Shown: piece by piece, positions 46,201 to 59,455 of the stretch | How positions within the stretch are numbered: position 1 is the stretch's first letter | Layout of the letters: each line of letters begins with the position of its first letter | DNA from: Ranitomeya imitator | Taxonomy: Eukaryota | NCBI RefSeq assembly: GCF_032444005.1 | Contig: NC_091282.1 | Location: 266,228,001-266,292,000, forward strand | Length of the DNA: 64,000 nucleotides | Direction of reading: 5' to 3' | Position numbers and translations under genes: made by a program | Notes under the pieces: model-generated | Databases searched by the model: none | Seen by the model: the letters and a program-made list of their open reading frames with translations, nothing else | What the model was told of the DNA's origin: nothing

Positions 46201-49096
46201 TATGATTGGACTCAGCCAACATCTCTGAAGAGTCTGCAGAAGTTCCTGAGCTTTGCTAATTTTTATCGTCGCTTCATCGCTAATTTTTCTAGTATTGCTA
46301 AACCGTTGACAGATTTAACCAAGAAGGGTGCTGATGTGGTCAATTGGTCTTCTGCTGCTGTGGAAGCTTTTCAGGAGTTGAAGCGTCGTTTTTCTTCTGA
46401 CCCTGTGTTGTGCCAACCAGATGTTTCGCTTCCGTTCCAGGTCGAGGTTGATGCTTCTGAAATTGGAGCAGGGGCTGTTTTGTCGCAGAGAAGTTCTGAT
46501 TGCTCGGTGATGAAACCATGTGCCTTCTTTTCCAGGAAATTTTCGCTCGCTGAGCGAAATTATGATGTTGGCAATCGAGAGTTGCTAGCCATGAAGTGGG
46601 CATTCGAGGAGTGGCGTCATTGGCTTGAAGGAGCTAAGCATCGCGTGGTGGTCTTGACTGATTACAAAAACTTGACTTATCTCGAGTCTGCCAAACGGTT
46701 GAATCCTAGACAGGCTCGTTGGTCGCTGTTTTTCTCCCGTTTTGACTTTGTGGTTTCGTACCTTCCGGGCTCTAAAAATGTGAAGGCGGATGCCCTGTCT
46801 AGGAGTTTTGTGCCCGATTCTCCGGGTTTGCCTGAGCCGGCGGGTATTCTCAAAGAGGGGGTAATTTTGTCTGCCATCTCCCCTGATTTGCGGCGGGTGC
46901 TGCAAAAATTTCAGGCTAATAGACCTGACCGTTGCCCAGCGGAGAAACTGTTTGTCCCTGATAGGTGGACGAATAAAGTTATCTCTGAGGTTCATTGTTC
47001 GGTGTTGGCTGGTCATCCTGGAATCTTTGGTACCAGAGATTTGGTGGCTAGATCCTTTTGGTGGCCGTCTCTGTCGCGGGATGTGCGTTCTTTTGTGCAG
47101 TCCTGTGGGATTTTTGATTGGGCTAAGCCCTGCTGTTCTCGTGCCAGTGGGTTGCTTTTGCCCTTGCCGGTCCCGAAGAGGCCTTGGACACATATCTCTA
47201 TGGATTTTATTTCAGATCTTCCCGTCTCTCAAAAGATGTCAGTTATTTGGGTAGTCTGTGATCGCTTCTCTAAGATGGTCCATTTGGTACCCTTGTCTAA
47301 ATTGCCTTCCTCCTCTGAATTGGAGCCATTGTTTTTCCAGCATGTGGTTCGTTTACATGGCATTCCAGAGAATATCGTTTCTGACAGAAGTTCCCAGTTT
47401 GTTTCAAGGTTTTGGTGAGCCTTTTGTGGTAGGATGGGCATTGACTTGTCTGTTTCCTCGGCTTTCCATCCTCAGACTAATGGCCAGACCGAACGAACCA
47501 ATCAGACCTTGGAAACATATCTGAGATGCTTTGTTTCTGCTGATCAGGATGATTGGGTGTCCTTTTTGCCTTTGGCTGAGTTCGCCCTTAATAATCGGGC
47601 CAGCTCGGCTACTTTGGTTTCGCCGTTTTTCTGCAATTCTGGGTTCCACCCTCGTTTCTCTTCATGGCAGGTTGAGTCTTCGGATTGTCCTGGTGTGGAT
47701 ACTGTGGTGGATAGGTTGCAGCAGATTTGGACTCATGTAGTGGACAATCTGACTTTGTCCCAGGAGAAGGCTCAACGTTTCGCTAACCGCAGGCGCTGTG
47801 TGGGTCCCCGACTTCGTGTTGGGGATTTGGTTTGGTTGTCATCTCGTTATATTCCTATGAAGGTTTCCTCTCCTAAATTTAAGCCTCGTTTCATTGGTCC
47901 ATATAGGATTTCTGAGGTTCTTAATCCTGTGTCTTTTCGTTTGACTCTTCCAGCTTCTTTTTCCATCCATAACGTGTTCCATAGGTCATTGTTGCGGAGA
48001 TACGTGGCACCTGTGGTTCCATCTATTGATCCTCATGCTCCGGTTTTGGTTGAAGGGGAATTGGAGTATATAGTGGAGAAGATTTTGGATTCTCATGTTT
48101 CGAGACGGAAACTCCAGTATCTGGTTAAGTGGAAAGGTTATGGTCAGGAAGATAATTCCTGGGTCTTTGCCTCTGATGTCCATGCTGCCGATCTGGTTCG
48201 TGCCTTTCATGTGGCTCATCCTGGTCGGCCTGGGGACTCTGGTGAGGGTTCGGTGACCCCTCCTCAAGGGGGGGGTACTGTTGTGAATTCTGTGGCCAAG
48301 CTCCCTCCTGTGGTCGAGAGTGGTACTTCGGCTGGTTCTGTCTATGAGCTTCCTTTGGTGGATGAGAGTGGTACTGTGGCTTCTGAGTTTCCTTCCTCAG
48401 GTGATGAGGCTAAGTCGTTAGGTGCTGCTCTATTTAACTCCACCTGGTGCTTTGATCCTGGCCTCCAGTCAATGTTCTAGTATTGGTCTTGCTTCCTCCT
48501 GGATCGTTCCTGTGGCCTGTCTATCCTGCATAAGCTAAGTTTTGCTTGTGTTATTTTTGTTTGCTATTTTTTCTGTCCAGCTTGCTATATTGGTTTTTCT
48601 TGCGTGCTGGAAGCTCTGAGACGCAGAGGGAGCACCTCCGTACCGTTAGTCGGTGCGGAGGGTCTTTTTGCCCCTCTGCGTGTTTGTTTGTAGGTTTTTG
48701 TGTTGACCGCAAAGCTATCTTTCCTATCCTCAGTCTATTCAGTTAGTCGGGCCTCACTTTGCTAAATCTATTTCATCTCTGGGTTTGTATTTTCATCTTT
48801 ACTCACAGTCATTATATGTGGGGGGCTGCCTTTTCCTTTGGGGAATTTCTCTGAGGCAAGGTAGGCTTATTTTTCTATCTTCAGGGCTAGTTAGTTTCTC
48901 AGGCTGTGCCGAGTTGCATAGGGAGCGTTAGGCGCAATCCACGGCTACCTCTAGTGTGGTGTGATAGGATTAGGGATTGCGGTCAGCAGAGTTCCCACGT
49001 CTCAGAGCTCGTCCTATGTTTTTGGTAATTGTCAGGTCACTTTGTGTGCTCTTAACTTCAATGTCCATTGTGGTTCTGAATTACCTGTTCATAACA
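43264..49096 (+). mobile_element. Full-length chromodomain Ty3/Gypsy retrotransposon (Gypsy-C)
   Basis: 818-bp LTRs 43264-44081 and 48279-49096 (about 11 differences by eye), PPT at ~48266-48275, 6-bp TSD TCCCCC at 43258-43263 and 49097-49102; inserted in a MITE whose right end finishes TTCCCT|TTAA near 49164. Confidence 0.97.
44104..48480 (+). pseudogene. Gag-Pol polyprotein with one in-frame nonsense codon (47416-47418)
   Basis: ORFs 44104-47418 and 47434-48480 are in frame; SRFW*AFCG vs SRFWRAFCG in Gypsy-B; the integrase zinc-finger second Cys is also lost (CGIF vs CGIC). Confidence 0.93.
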
Positions 49097-49790
49097 TCCC
49101 CCTACTCTCTATCATAGTACCTGCAGATTGAACAATATTTTCATTGGGGACAAGTTCCCTTTAAGTATATTCCAGCTATATCAACAGAAACACAGATGAC
49201 TACAGGAAGTTGCGATGAGTCTCTCTGCTACTCTACTAGGCATGCAGGCATAAAAGAAAGCAAGGTTTTCAGGTCAGAGCAGGCAAATTATAAGACAATG
49301 CATGCTGCGAAGTGAGGAAAAGGGAAGTTCCAGAGCTAATAGTGCTGTAAGAAAGCTGTAGAAAAGGAACCTCCCACTCAAAAAGAGTGGAAGGCAAGTT
49401 ATAGAACTTAGGACATATTACACTGTTATGCGCAAGACCTTGCTTTTAAACTTTTTTGATTGAACTCTGGTTGTTCTAGGCAACAAAGAATATATATATA
49501 TTTTTAGGCAGTTTTCATAAATGAGGCCCTATATGTATAGTCATGTTGTTGCTGACTTGCAACTGATTATTTTTTCATGCGTCTTGCTGCAATATTCAGT
49601 CATGTTTATCTTGATCTATTTTTTGGGTGCAAAGCTAAAAGGTATTGACTTTGATTCTTGTCCCTCTAATTTTGAACATGTTCAAAAGTAGTGGACTGTA
49701 AATCAGGCAGCATGTAGAAGAGAAATCCATGATTGGATGTTGATATTCTCTCAATTATTGATCAGAATGACTAGACAGACAGTAACTCAC

Positions 49791-49865
49791 TGTCTGCAAT
49801 GAGTGCACTGAATGACCTGGTGCCCTGTTGCTCCAGCATGTGTGCTCCGAGCCCTATGGGCTTCG
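49791..49865 (-). CDS. Candidate host exon (xKPIGLGAHMLEQQGTRSFSALIAD), unidentified
   Basis: 75 nt, cacag acceptor, ACA|gtgagt donor, symmetric phase 1-1. Confidence 0.28.
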
Positions 49866-51200
49866 CTGTGAACGTGGTGTATTACACATCAGTCGTCCCA
49901 GTTATATATTGTGTTACCAGCGAGCAAGGAGCAATTTGTCACAGCTAAATATCGGATTGTACTTTTCAGTTAAATAGAACAGACTTGTGCTTCAGCAGGA
50001 GGTCACTAAACATTTTTAATTTTCAGGTGTCAGGAACATAAGAAAACTGGCATTACATCTATCCAATTAACTTGTGATTGAAAAAGAACCTTTTTCCCAA
50101 AACAGCACCATTGTTATCCAAGGACTGTGTCTGATATAGGTGTTCAGGCCATTTTATGTAAAGGGCTCTGATCCACAATATTATGGACAAGAAGTGTACC
50201 TGTCATTTATGGTAACTTTTCTGAATATGATGATACGTGTATACATGAGGTTTACCACAATTTCTGGCCTTAATATGGCTTGTGCTCTGCAATTCTTACC
50301 AGTTTTTCCCTCTGCAGGCTCTCTCTTTAATTTTCAGTTTTCTCTAAGGTAATCGGTAGAAACTAGCTGTCCCGATTTCTCCCATACACTGCACACAAAG
50401 AGATGGGTTCCTGCTCTTCTTTCTCTGCAGCACATAGACAGAAACAGCATAAGCATGGAAGACATTATACAGCAGTAACTGTGCTGTATTGCTGTGAACC
50501 CAGCACTGAAGTGAAACGAGTTTGCTAGAAGCCGCAGCATGATCTGCCTGTCTCTCTGCCTGGTCTTTCACTGTATTTATTGCTTCTCGCTCCCCCTCCC
50601 CCTCTCCTCCCCCTTCAGTTAAATAGAAGCTGTAACCTGATGCTCCAATGAGCTAGCAGTCCATCTTGCTTTAACAAAGATTGAGCTGTTTTTCAGGATT
50701 GATGATGAGGTTAGAGGCATGGGGAAGGATGAGAACTTTCTTATATTATGCTTTAACTATTGATTTATGTGGAGTTTGTTGAAATGACAATAATCATTTA
50801 ATTATCTTTGTTAAAGGGTCAATATTGATTTTTAAGATTGCTGCTTTCAATAGATGGTGCTAAGAGTTCATTTGAGTTCATATTGAAAACGATAGACTCT
50901 TAAAAAAGTCAGAGAATTAATTTCTTTTATTGCTGGCCATTTTTTTCTCCTGAAACATGGACAAGGGATAGCCACATGATGAGGGGTACAGCAGCAATCA
51001 GCCGACAAGCACAAAGACCATATAATATAATATGAATATTCACTAACCAATTTATAAAACAAAGTAAAGGATTGTAGGTAAACAGTGTATAAGTAACAAA
51101 TACAATGACAGCAGTTACTCTCAATAACACAGACTAAGAGTACACGCAGGTACGCTTACACAGAATTAAGTTATATGCGATTAAAATACAATGTGACTAA

Positions 51201-51930
51201 AGGTACCGTCACATTTAGCGACGCTGCAGCGATCTAGACAACGATGCCGATCGTTGCAGCGTTGCTGTTTCGTCGCTGTGTGGTCGCTGGAGAGCTGTCA
51301 CACAGACAGCTCTCCTGCGACCAACGATGCCAAAGTCCCCGGGTAACCAGGGTAAACATCGGGTTACTAAGTGCAGGGCCGCGCTTAGTAACCCGATATT
51401 TACCCTGGTTACCAGTGTAAATGTAAAAAAAAACAAACACTACATACATTCCGGTGTCTGTCCCCCGGCGCTCTGCTTCCTGCACTGTGTAAGCGCCAGC
51501 CGTAAAGCAGAGCGGTGACATCACCGCTGTGCTTTACGGCCAGCCGGCGCTCAGTCAGTGCAGGGAAGCCGAACGCCAGGGGACAGACACCGGAATGTAA
51601 GTATGTAGTGTTTGTTTTTTTTTACATTTACACTGGTAACCAGGGTAAACATTGGGTTACTAAGCGCGGCCCTGCGCTTAGTAACCCGATGTTTACCCTG
51701 GTTACCAGTGAAGACAGCGCTGAATCGGCATCACACACGCCGATTCAGCGATGTCTGTGGGAGATCCAGCGACGAAATAAAGTTCTGGCCTTTCTGCTCC
51801 GACCAACGATGTCACAGCAGGATCCAGATCGCTGCTGCATGTCAAACACAATGATATCGCTATCCAGGACGTTGCAACGTCACGGATCGCTAGCGATATC
51901 GTTATTAAGTCGCTCAGTGTGAAGTTACCT
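51201..51930. mobile_element. PIF/Harbinger-type MITE
   Basis: Imperfect TIRs AGGTACCGTCACATTTAGCGAC / GTCGCTCAGTGTGAAGTTACCT, TAA flanks, two internal GGTAACCAGGGTAAA...TTTACCCTGGTTACC hairpins. Confidence 0.8.
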
Positions 51931-52355
51931 TAACCCTTTCTATGCATAACTCAATAAAAGTATTGTGTCAGTACTTTAGTAATCGCCTACTCGGAGCAAT
52001 TTTTGAAGTGTCTCTTACAGAAAAGACCCTTTCTCCTAGCTCCTAACTAATTGGACCTCTATAAGGCTATTTATATATGCAATTGTATATTTAGATGTAA
52101 GATGGTACTGGTATGTCCTGAAACTGAAGTAGATAGTGCTTGTTGGGCTGAGTGCTGAATAATAAGAAACGAGGTCTTGAAGCTCTTAGGGAATGCCAAT
52201 CTCGCTAATGCAGGGCTTTCCTAAGTCCTTAGGGATAAGGCCTCACGTGGCCTAGCCTAAGAACCTGTGTACTTGTTCGTCCCCACCAAGTCAGCTCATG
52301 TCAAGCCGAACAGCGAGTCCCAGAGTCACCAACAACAGATCCAGAGTTGCACCAC

Positions 52356-53170
52356 TGTTGTTAATTCTGTGGCAGAGCTCCCTCCTGTGGTCACAAGTGG
52401 TACTTCGGCTGATTCTCTCTGTGAGCTTCCGTTGGTGGAGGAGAGTGGTACTGCGGCTTCTGAGTTTCCTTGCTCAGGTGATGTGGTGAAGTCGTTAGGT
52501 GCTGCTCTATTTAACTCCACCTAGTGCTTTGATCCTGGCCTCCAGTCAATGTTCTAGTATTGGACCTGTTTCCTCCTGGATCGTTCCTGTGGCCTGCTGC
52601 TCTGCATAGCTAAGTTCCGCTTTTGCTATTTTGTTTGCTGTTTTTTTCTGTCCAGCTGGCTTATTTGTTTTTTCTTGCTTGCTGGAAGCTCTGGGACGCA
52701 GAGGGTGTACCTCCGTGCCGTTAGTTCGGTACGGAGGGTCTTTTTGCCCCCTTTGCGTGGTTGTTTGTAGGGTTTTGTGTTGACCGCAAAGTTACCTTTC
52801 CTATCCTCGCTCTGTTCAGAAAGTCGGGCCTCACTTTGCTAAATCTATTTCATCTCTACGTTTGTCTTTTCATCTTAACTCACAGTCATTATATGTGGGG
52901 GCTGCCTTTTCCTTTGGGGTATTTCTCTGAGGCAAGGTAGGCTTATTTTCTATCTTCAGGCTAGCTAGTTTCTCAGGCTGTGCCGAGTTGCATAGGGAGC
53001 GTTAGGCGCAATCCACGGCTGCCTCTAGTGTGGTTGGAGAGGATTAGGGATTGCGGTCAGCAGAGTTCCCACGTCTCAGAGCTCGTTCTATGTTTTTGGG
53101 TGATTGTCAGGTCACTGTATGTGCTCTGACTTCTATGTCCATTGTGGTACTGAATTACCAGATCATAACA
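52356..53170 (+). mobile_element. Solo LTR, third subfamily related to Gypsy-B/C
   Basis: TGTTGT...ATAACA, 6-bp TSD CACCAC at 52350-52355 and 53171-53176. Confidence 0.93.
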
Positions 53171-53908
53171 CACCACCCTATCCAAACTTTCTCCAAGGAT
53201 TTGCAGCTTCACGTTCACCTGCACTCTTCTTTGACTCCTCCCAATCGCCAGTAATCCCCATGCTCCAACTCCAGCCTCTCAATGCTGCCCTCTACTGGCC
53301 AGATCATATATTAGATTACAAATCTCGAACAATACAGTAAACTGTGATTAACCCTTACACCACATTGACACAGAGTTTCATTGATCCCTACACACATCAA
53401 TTTTTTAAAAAGGGTCTATATCTCTGATTTGTGAGGCTCAGAGTATATCCTGTTCTCATCCATTTTGTGAATCAGACTAAATTCTTAAAATCTATGGGGA
53501 TCGATCTGAAACAGATGACACAATGAAGACGTACTTTACTTGTACTTCAAAGTTTCATCCGAGTTTCGTCCTTTTTTAAAGAGAACCTGACATCTGATAC
53601 ATGCTGCCCAATTCATGGGCACCATGTATCAGATACTGGCTGTAGGATCACGAGCAGTGGGGCAGACTAGTTGGACAGTCGGGTCCCCAGGGGCTTCTCC
53701 CTGCTTTATACCCTGGATTAACATGTCTCTGCCTATCAGCCACTGGCATCAAGTGGGAAGAAGCCGCAGAGAACCCGCCAGTCCCGGTTGGCTATTAAAA
53801 GTATGTTTTTCTCTGAAAACTTGCAGTGTTTCATAGTCACATAGCTGGCCATGATCGTACAGACAGTATGGATTGGGCAGTATGTATCAGATGTCAGCTT
53901 CTCTTTAC

Positions 53909-53959
53909 CTGATACATTGTTAAGCGCGTCAATGGGCAAAAATAGTTCAGACCGTCTAC
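53909..53959 (-). CDS. Candidate 51-nt host exon (phase 1: RRSELFLPIDALNNVS; phase 0: VDGLNYFCPLTRLTMYQ), unidentified
   Basis: Very strong acceptor tttctttttttttttctttcactgaagcag| and donor CAG|gtaaag. Confidence 0.38.
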
Positions 53960-55363
53960 CTGCTTCAGTGAAAGAAAAAAAAAAAGAAAAAGAAACAGAA
54001 GCAAACAAGATGCTGCACTTGAGGAAAAAAATGTCTATTTCCCTTGGATGGTAACACTCACACGGATTTATGAATATAGCCGCATGCTGATAATCAACCA
54101 CATCATGCAGACTTCAACATTTACTGATCCACATATTGGAGTTACAAGAAAAAAAAATACAGGAGTTGGTACTTTGTTGTTTAGGTGGAGATAAAAATAT
54201 GATTACCATCACCACAATAAAATAGGTTATCCAATTATGTGAAGACATCAACCTTATATGAGCCTCCTCTAGTGCCATATTACAGCTCGTACGAGGACTA
54301 GGTTATGGTGTTTTTGATAAATACAGGTCATTTTTGATCATTATTCCTCTACTGAATGTTTTTGCAGCTTATTTGTAATTGCTTTTATTCACCAGTCCTG
54401 TCCTCTATCATATATAACAAGTGACATCTAGCTTTCAATCCAATATCGAGTTTGCTCATCATCTATTTTGGAACTGGCATGCGACCAATTGATCCATGAG
54501 ATGTGGAACTTGTTTTGCTTTCGCTCAAGGGCTTGCAGCAAATTTCTTGTTTAGTGCCTCATCTAACATCAGAAGTTGCACTTTCTTTGTTTTATATATA
54601 TTGATCTAATCATAGGCCACTGGTCATTGTCTTGTGTAATAAAAATGGATCTTGGAATCAGTTTTATCCCAGTAGCCATAAACTATTTAATTTTCCAATT
54701 TTAGCTTCGTGATAGACTTCTCAGCTATGTTTTATATAAGCTAGGCTTTTCTGCTGAGGCAAGAAATAACACTCCGGCATATTTTGTAATTTACCAAGTC
54801 TTATTGAAGGTTCAGAGCAATGTATGAGCTTGGAGGGTATAATAGGGCTATTCGGAAACAACACTTTGACACCAACTCTATGCTAATTACAGGTAACTCC
54901 AACAACACAATGGTAAAGACACATTTTACAAGCTATGAAAGTGCCATTATAGCCTTGCCTGTGATTATGTAAATGAACACTAATTGGTGCATTACCTATG
55001 GTGCATATTATTACATTATTATCAAATTACATTTTATCATCTTCCAATATGTTCCACAATACAAAATCAAATCAAATTGCTTGTGAAGCATCATTAACTA
55101 TGTGCCAGGGGTGATTATCCACAATGCAGGTTATAGTAGCCTACTGCTTAAAAATAACAGACCTATTTTTATTGTGAATAACTACAAAAATGATTATAGG
55201 CTTTCTGGTGCAAATTATCATATGTTTTATTATTTTAAGATATTTTAAAGATAGTTGGGTAGACATCCGCAGGTTACTGGATAGTGAAATCTTCTCAGGC
55301 CCAGCTATTCTGATAAGTGGACTAAACTCATTAAACTAAAAACCAAGCTAATTATGTAATTAA

Positions 55364-55828
55364 CTAGATGGTGGCCCGATTCTAACGCATCTGGTATTCT
55401 AGAATAGTTTATTTATGAAGTAAACATGAGTGAACTATGTGGCACTGTAACTGACAGAACTTGGTCAGTAAACGTGACTGAACTACGTGGCACTGTGACT
55501 GACAGAACTTGCTCAATAAACGTGACCGAACTACGTGGCACTGTGACCGACAGAACTTGTTCAATAAACGTGACTGAACTACGTGGCACTGTGACTGACA
55601 GAACTTGTCCAGTAAACGTGACTGAACTACATCATGCTGTGACTGACAGAACTTGTTCAGTAAACGTGAGTGAACTATGTCGCGCTGTGAGTGGGGGTTA
55701 AATCGCGCGCCAATTCACGGGCGGACTGTGCCTGTCGCTGATTGGTCGCGCCAGCAGCCCGCTACCAATCAGCGACGCGGGATTTCCATTACAGACAAAC
55801 AGACAGAATTAGACGATTATATAGTAGA
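55364..55828 (-). mobile_element. Non-autonomous Helitron-like element
   Basis: On the minus strand A|TC...hairpin..CCACCATCTAG|T; internal 48-bp tandem array, ~5 copies (55426-55680). Confidence 0.78.
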
Positions 55829-56326
55829 TAATGGCTTCCGTAGCTATTCAGTACATTTATCATTAATTGCTTTTTGAAACTTTAAGGGCATCTCTCATCT
55901 GAATGTGATGCCCTATATAATGCCCTATATAATATTACATGGACTGATATTTTCTACTATTAGTCTAAGCAGCACAAAAATACTGTACTGATGGATAATG
56001 GAGCCTAACAAATATTACAATAAAATTATGAAAACTAGATGAGTTCACCGCTCTAGGTATCCACCATCGCATAGGTTTCTGAGGTCCAGCAAGCCCTTCG
56101 GTCCATGCAAATAAATCCAATATAACAATCTGTTCGTGACCTGATTTTAATGAAAATGTCATAAAGCTGCCAAGATTTTATTGGAGACGTCGGCTTTTTT
56201 GTCGTTATATTGAGTAAAAAGATACCTTGATATCTGCAATTTGATGTCTTATTTGTGAGAAACCATGTTTTTTTTATTATGCAAATGAGCTGTTAAAATA
56301 TATGGGCCTGACACAGTTCTCAATGA

Positions 56327-57400
56327 GTTCGGCCGAACCTTTGTCCAAACTTCAGTTGAGGTACTAAAACTTGATCAGAACTTTACCGCGGACCTGAACC
56401 CCATATAAGTCAATGAGGACCCGATCTTTTGCGTAAAAAGGAAGAAAAATATGTAAGAGCAGAACTATTTCCCTTCAAACAAATGTGGATAGGAAAATGA
56501 CTTAAAACAGCATGGAATAAAAAAAATTAAGAAGTAATAATCTCGAACCAGGAGGTAGAGGTCCAAGTGGAGATCTGGAGCCGTGTGTATTTTACTGTAC
56601 TTGTTAATAAATAAATAAATGAAAAAAACTATGTGGAATCCCCATATTTGTAATAACCAGCCAAGAGAAAGCAAACAGTTGTGAGCTGGTCTTATTATCC
56701 TAGGAAGGGGTCTAATTTCCATGGACCTTCCCAGCCAATGAACATCAGCCCCAAGCTGTCTGCTTGGCCTTTGTTGTTTATTAAAAATGAGAGCACCCTA
56801 AAAAATGACACGAGTTCCCCCCTAATTTTAATAACCAGCTAAGACAAAGTAGACAGCTCAGGGCTGATATTAATAGCCTGGGAAGGGTCATGGATATTGG
56901 CCCTTCCCAGCCTAACAAGACCATCCCTCAGCTATCCCAGAAATGGAGCATTTATTACTGTAGATGCATCATTTCTGGTCCTTGGCCTTGGCTCTTCCAG
57001 ATTGCCCTGGTGCAGTGACATTCGGGGTAATGGGATTGTGGGAATGATGTTAGCAGCTGGCTCAGACGTGAAGACCATGGGAGGCATGGAGTGGCATCTG
57101 TCAGGTACCCCCATTACTAGCCCAGTAGTCAAAAGAAATAAACAGACACATGAAAAAAAAACAATAATTTCCTTTTCTCACACATGAAAAAAAACCCATA
57201 CTAGTCTGCTGTAATCGGCATGGAGGTCCAATGCTTGGTCTGCTGTAGTCCATATAGATGTCCCACAATGATCCACCTCATAGGGGTGGAGCTGCATATT
57301 CATCACTGTAATGGGCGGCACCACGTGACCGCTCATACAGGAGAAGCTGCGGCGAAGAGAGGAAGCAGCGAGGGAGCCGGGTAGGTGTTTTATTAACAGC
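56327..57400. mobile_element. Fragment of a non-autonomous hAT-like element
   Basis: GTTCGG/CCGAAC subterminal motifs and internal segments similar to 26780-28930 and 35450-36241. Confidence 0.45.
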
Positions 57401-57419
57401 GGGGGGGGGGGGGGGGCGG

Positions 57420-57737
57420 GGCGCACAGGGGGTGGGAGGGGGTTGGGGACAGGGATTTTTTTTTAAACACCAAAAAGAAAAGGATTTTTCATATCTTCTC
57501 TCCAGCGAACGCTGCTGGAGAGAAGAAATGAATGGCGGCTTCAGCACCAGATGCAGGGGACAGCGCTTAACTGTAGCGCTGTCTCCTGCACGGTGCGTGT
57601 GGTACCCAGTCGGCACACGGGCGGCACACGGATGCCGCATGTGTGCCACACTGATGTGCCATGTGAGCACACGGACATGGATAATTCCGATACCAATTTT
57701 TCCGGTACTGGAATTATCTGGACGTGTGGGACAGGCC
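57420..57737. mobile_element. Partial PIF/Harbinger-type MITE preceded by a poly-G tract
   Basis: Right end GGACGTGTGGGACAGGCC|TTA; G run at ~57402-57416. Confidence 0.5.
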
Positions 57738-57889
57738 TTAAAGGGGTTTTTGAATATAAAAAAAGTGGTCCCAAATGCTTTTTTGTATGTGACAAAACAG
57801 GTAGATATTCATCCTCCCCATGTCCAGCACTGACTGTTCACCAATTCTTCCATCTCAGTGTTTTGCCTGCAGTTTTGACATAACTTTAA

Positions 57890-58383
57890 GGCTATGTTCA
57901 CACCTTTGCATTTTTGCACCGTTCTTTTTTATGCATTTTTTTTAATGCAAATTTTCAGCTGCGTTTCACATTACCAGCCAAGTTTATGACATTTCAGAAA
58001 TCTCATGCACACTCCTTGTTTTTTTTTTAATGACTGTTTTATGAAACAGCTACGTTTTAGAAAAATGCAGCATGTCACTTTCATTGCTTTGCAGCGTTTT
58101 TGACCCATTGAAATCAATGGGCGGTGCAAAAAAAATGCAAGCACGCTGAAAAAAAACAGGTGTCAGGTTTTGCTGCAATTTTGGTGGCAAAACCTGGTAA
58201 AGATTAATCAATCATTTTTTTACGCACTAATCTTCATCAGCATGCGCAAGAGACAAATGTACCCTGACAAAAACACATTAAAGAAGCGCCCCCCAAAAAT
58301 GCAGCAAAACCTGCTTTTTTGTAAGCAGCTTAAAATTTGCATTACAAAAAAATGCTGCAAAAACGCAACGTGCGAACGTAGCC
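57890..58383. mobile_element. PIF/Harbinger-type MITE
   Basis: TIRs GGCTATGTTCACAC / GTGCGAACGTAGCC, TAA at 57887-57889 and 58384-58386. Confidence 0.75.
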
Positions 58384-59455
58384 TAACGGCTCACATCACT
58401 GAACTCAGTGACTCTGCTAATATAGACAGCATGAGTCGCTGAGCTCAGTGATTGGCTGCAGCGGTGCTGTGAGCTATTGATATCTATAGTGAAAAGCCCC
58501 TTAATCCTATAAAAGAGTAAAATGTAATACTTCATTCTAGAACTATAAAACACTGACTAGTTTATTTGACTGTAAAATGTTTGTTGTGAATTTTTTTCTG
58601 ATGTTTAAAAAAAGGGTTGGAAAAAAATATATTTCTTTTAAAGGTAATAGAGCAAAATCTCACACTTTGTTTTTATGAAGTGTAATGTTTCTTTTCGGAG
58701 CTGAAATCAATTTGCATTCAGAAGTATAAAGGCATTTTGTGGTGTGAATCATTACAGTTGACTTGATAAACTCTGAAGGGGAGCATTTTTTTTCTCATGT
58801 GCAGTATGAAGCCACAATATTTTCAATGATAAGTATTGATGTAATTTGCATGCCTGGAGAAACAATGAACACCAGGACGAAAATATCCTAATGACTTACA
58901 TTTGCATTTATTAAATCTGAATAGAGGTGGGCATATGCATAGTGGAGCATGCTTTCTTTCCAGGGAGGTCTGAATTAATAAAACTTTTAGCATTTCTACA
59001 GATTCTGTTCCCTTTCTACATCTCAAAATCTTCTTAAAGGAGCTGTCTATTCATGACAACCCACGTTTAAGTTAATTCTTGCATTTTCTTTCATTCCGCA
59101 AGAAACGTTTGACCAATATAATGAACCTCAATTAACAAAAATAGAAGATTTTTGCATTTATGATGCAGGATAAAAGCAGGGTTGGTTTTGTTATCACAGT
59201 ATTAGTATTCAAGCTAAAACTGAGGTAAAAAAAAGATTAGAGACAAAATAAAATAAATGTTTTAGTCGTGTTAGTAATAAATGATTTCGGCGTGAGATGT
59301 TCACTAGGTGAGGAGGACAAGACTTGGCCTATGGAGTGATCATTAGAAACAAGTACGGGCCAAAAAAAAAGCATATTCGTGTCTAGAGTATAGGAAGGAT
59401 GGTTATGCTATACACAAAGATAGAATTAGATCAATTTTACATAGATTTAATTTAA

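Noticed and set aside
49791-49944. Longer exon frame with an internal TGA (selenocysteine?)
   Set aside because: No SECIS or selenoprotein motif is evident; a nearer acceptor at 49866 removes the TGA.
55426-55701. Regular repeats and a repetitive 91-aa ORF (CRISPR-like appearance)
   Set aside because: Contiguous 48-bp tandem units without unique spacers, inside a Helitron-like element in eukaryotic DNA.
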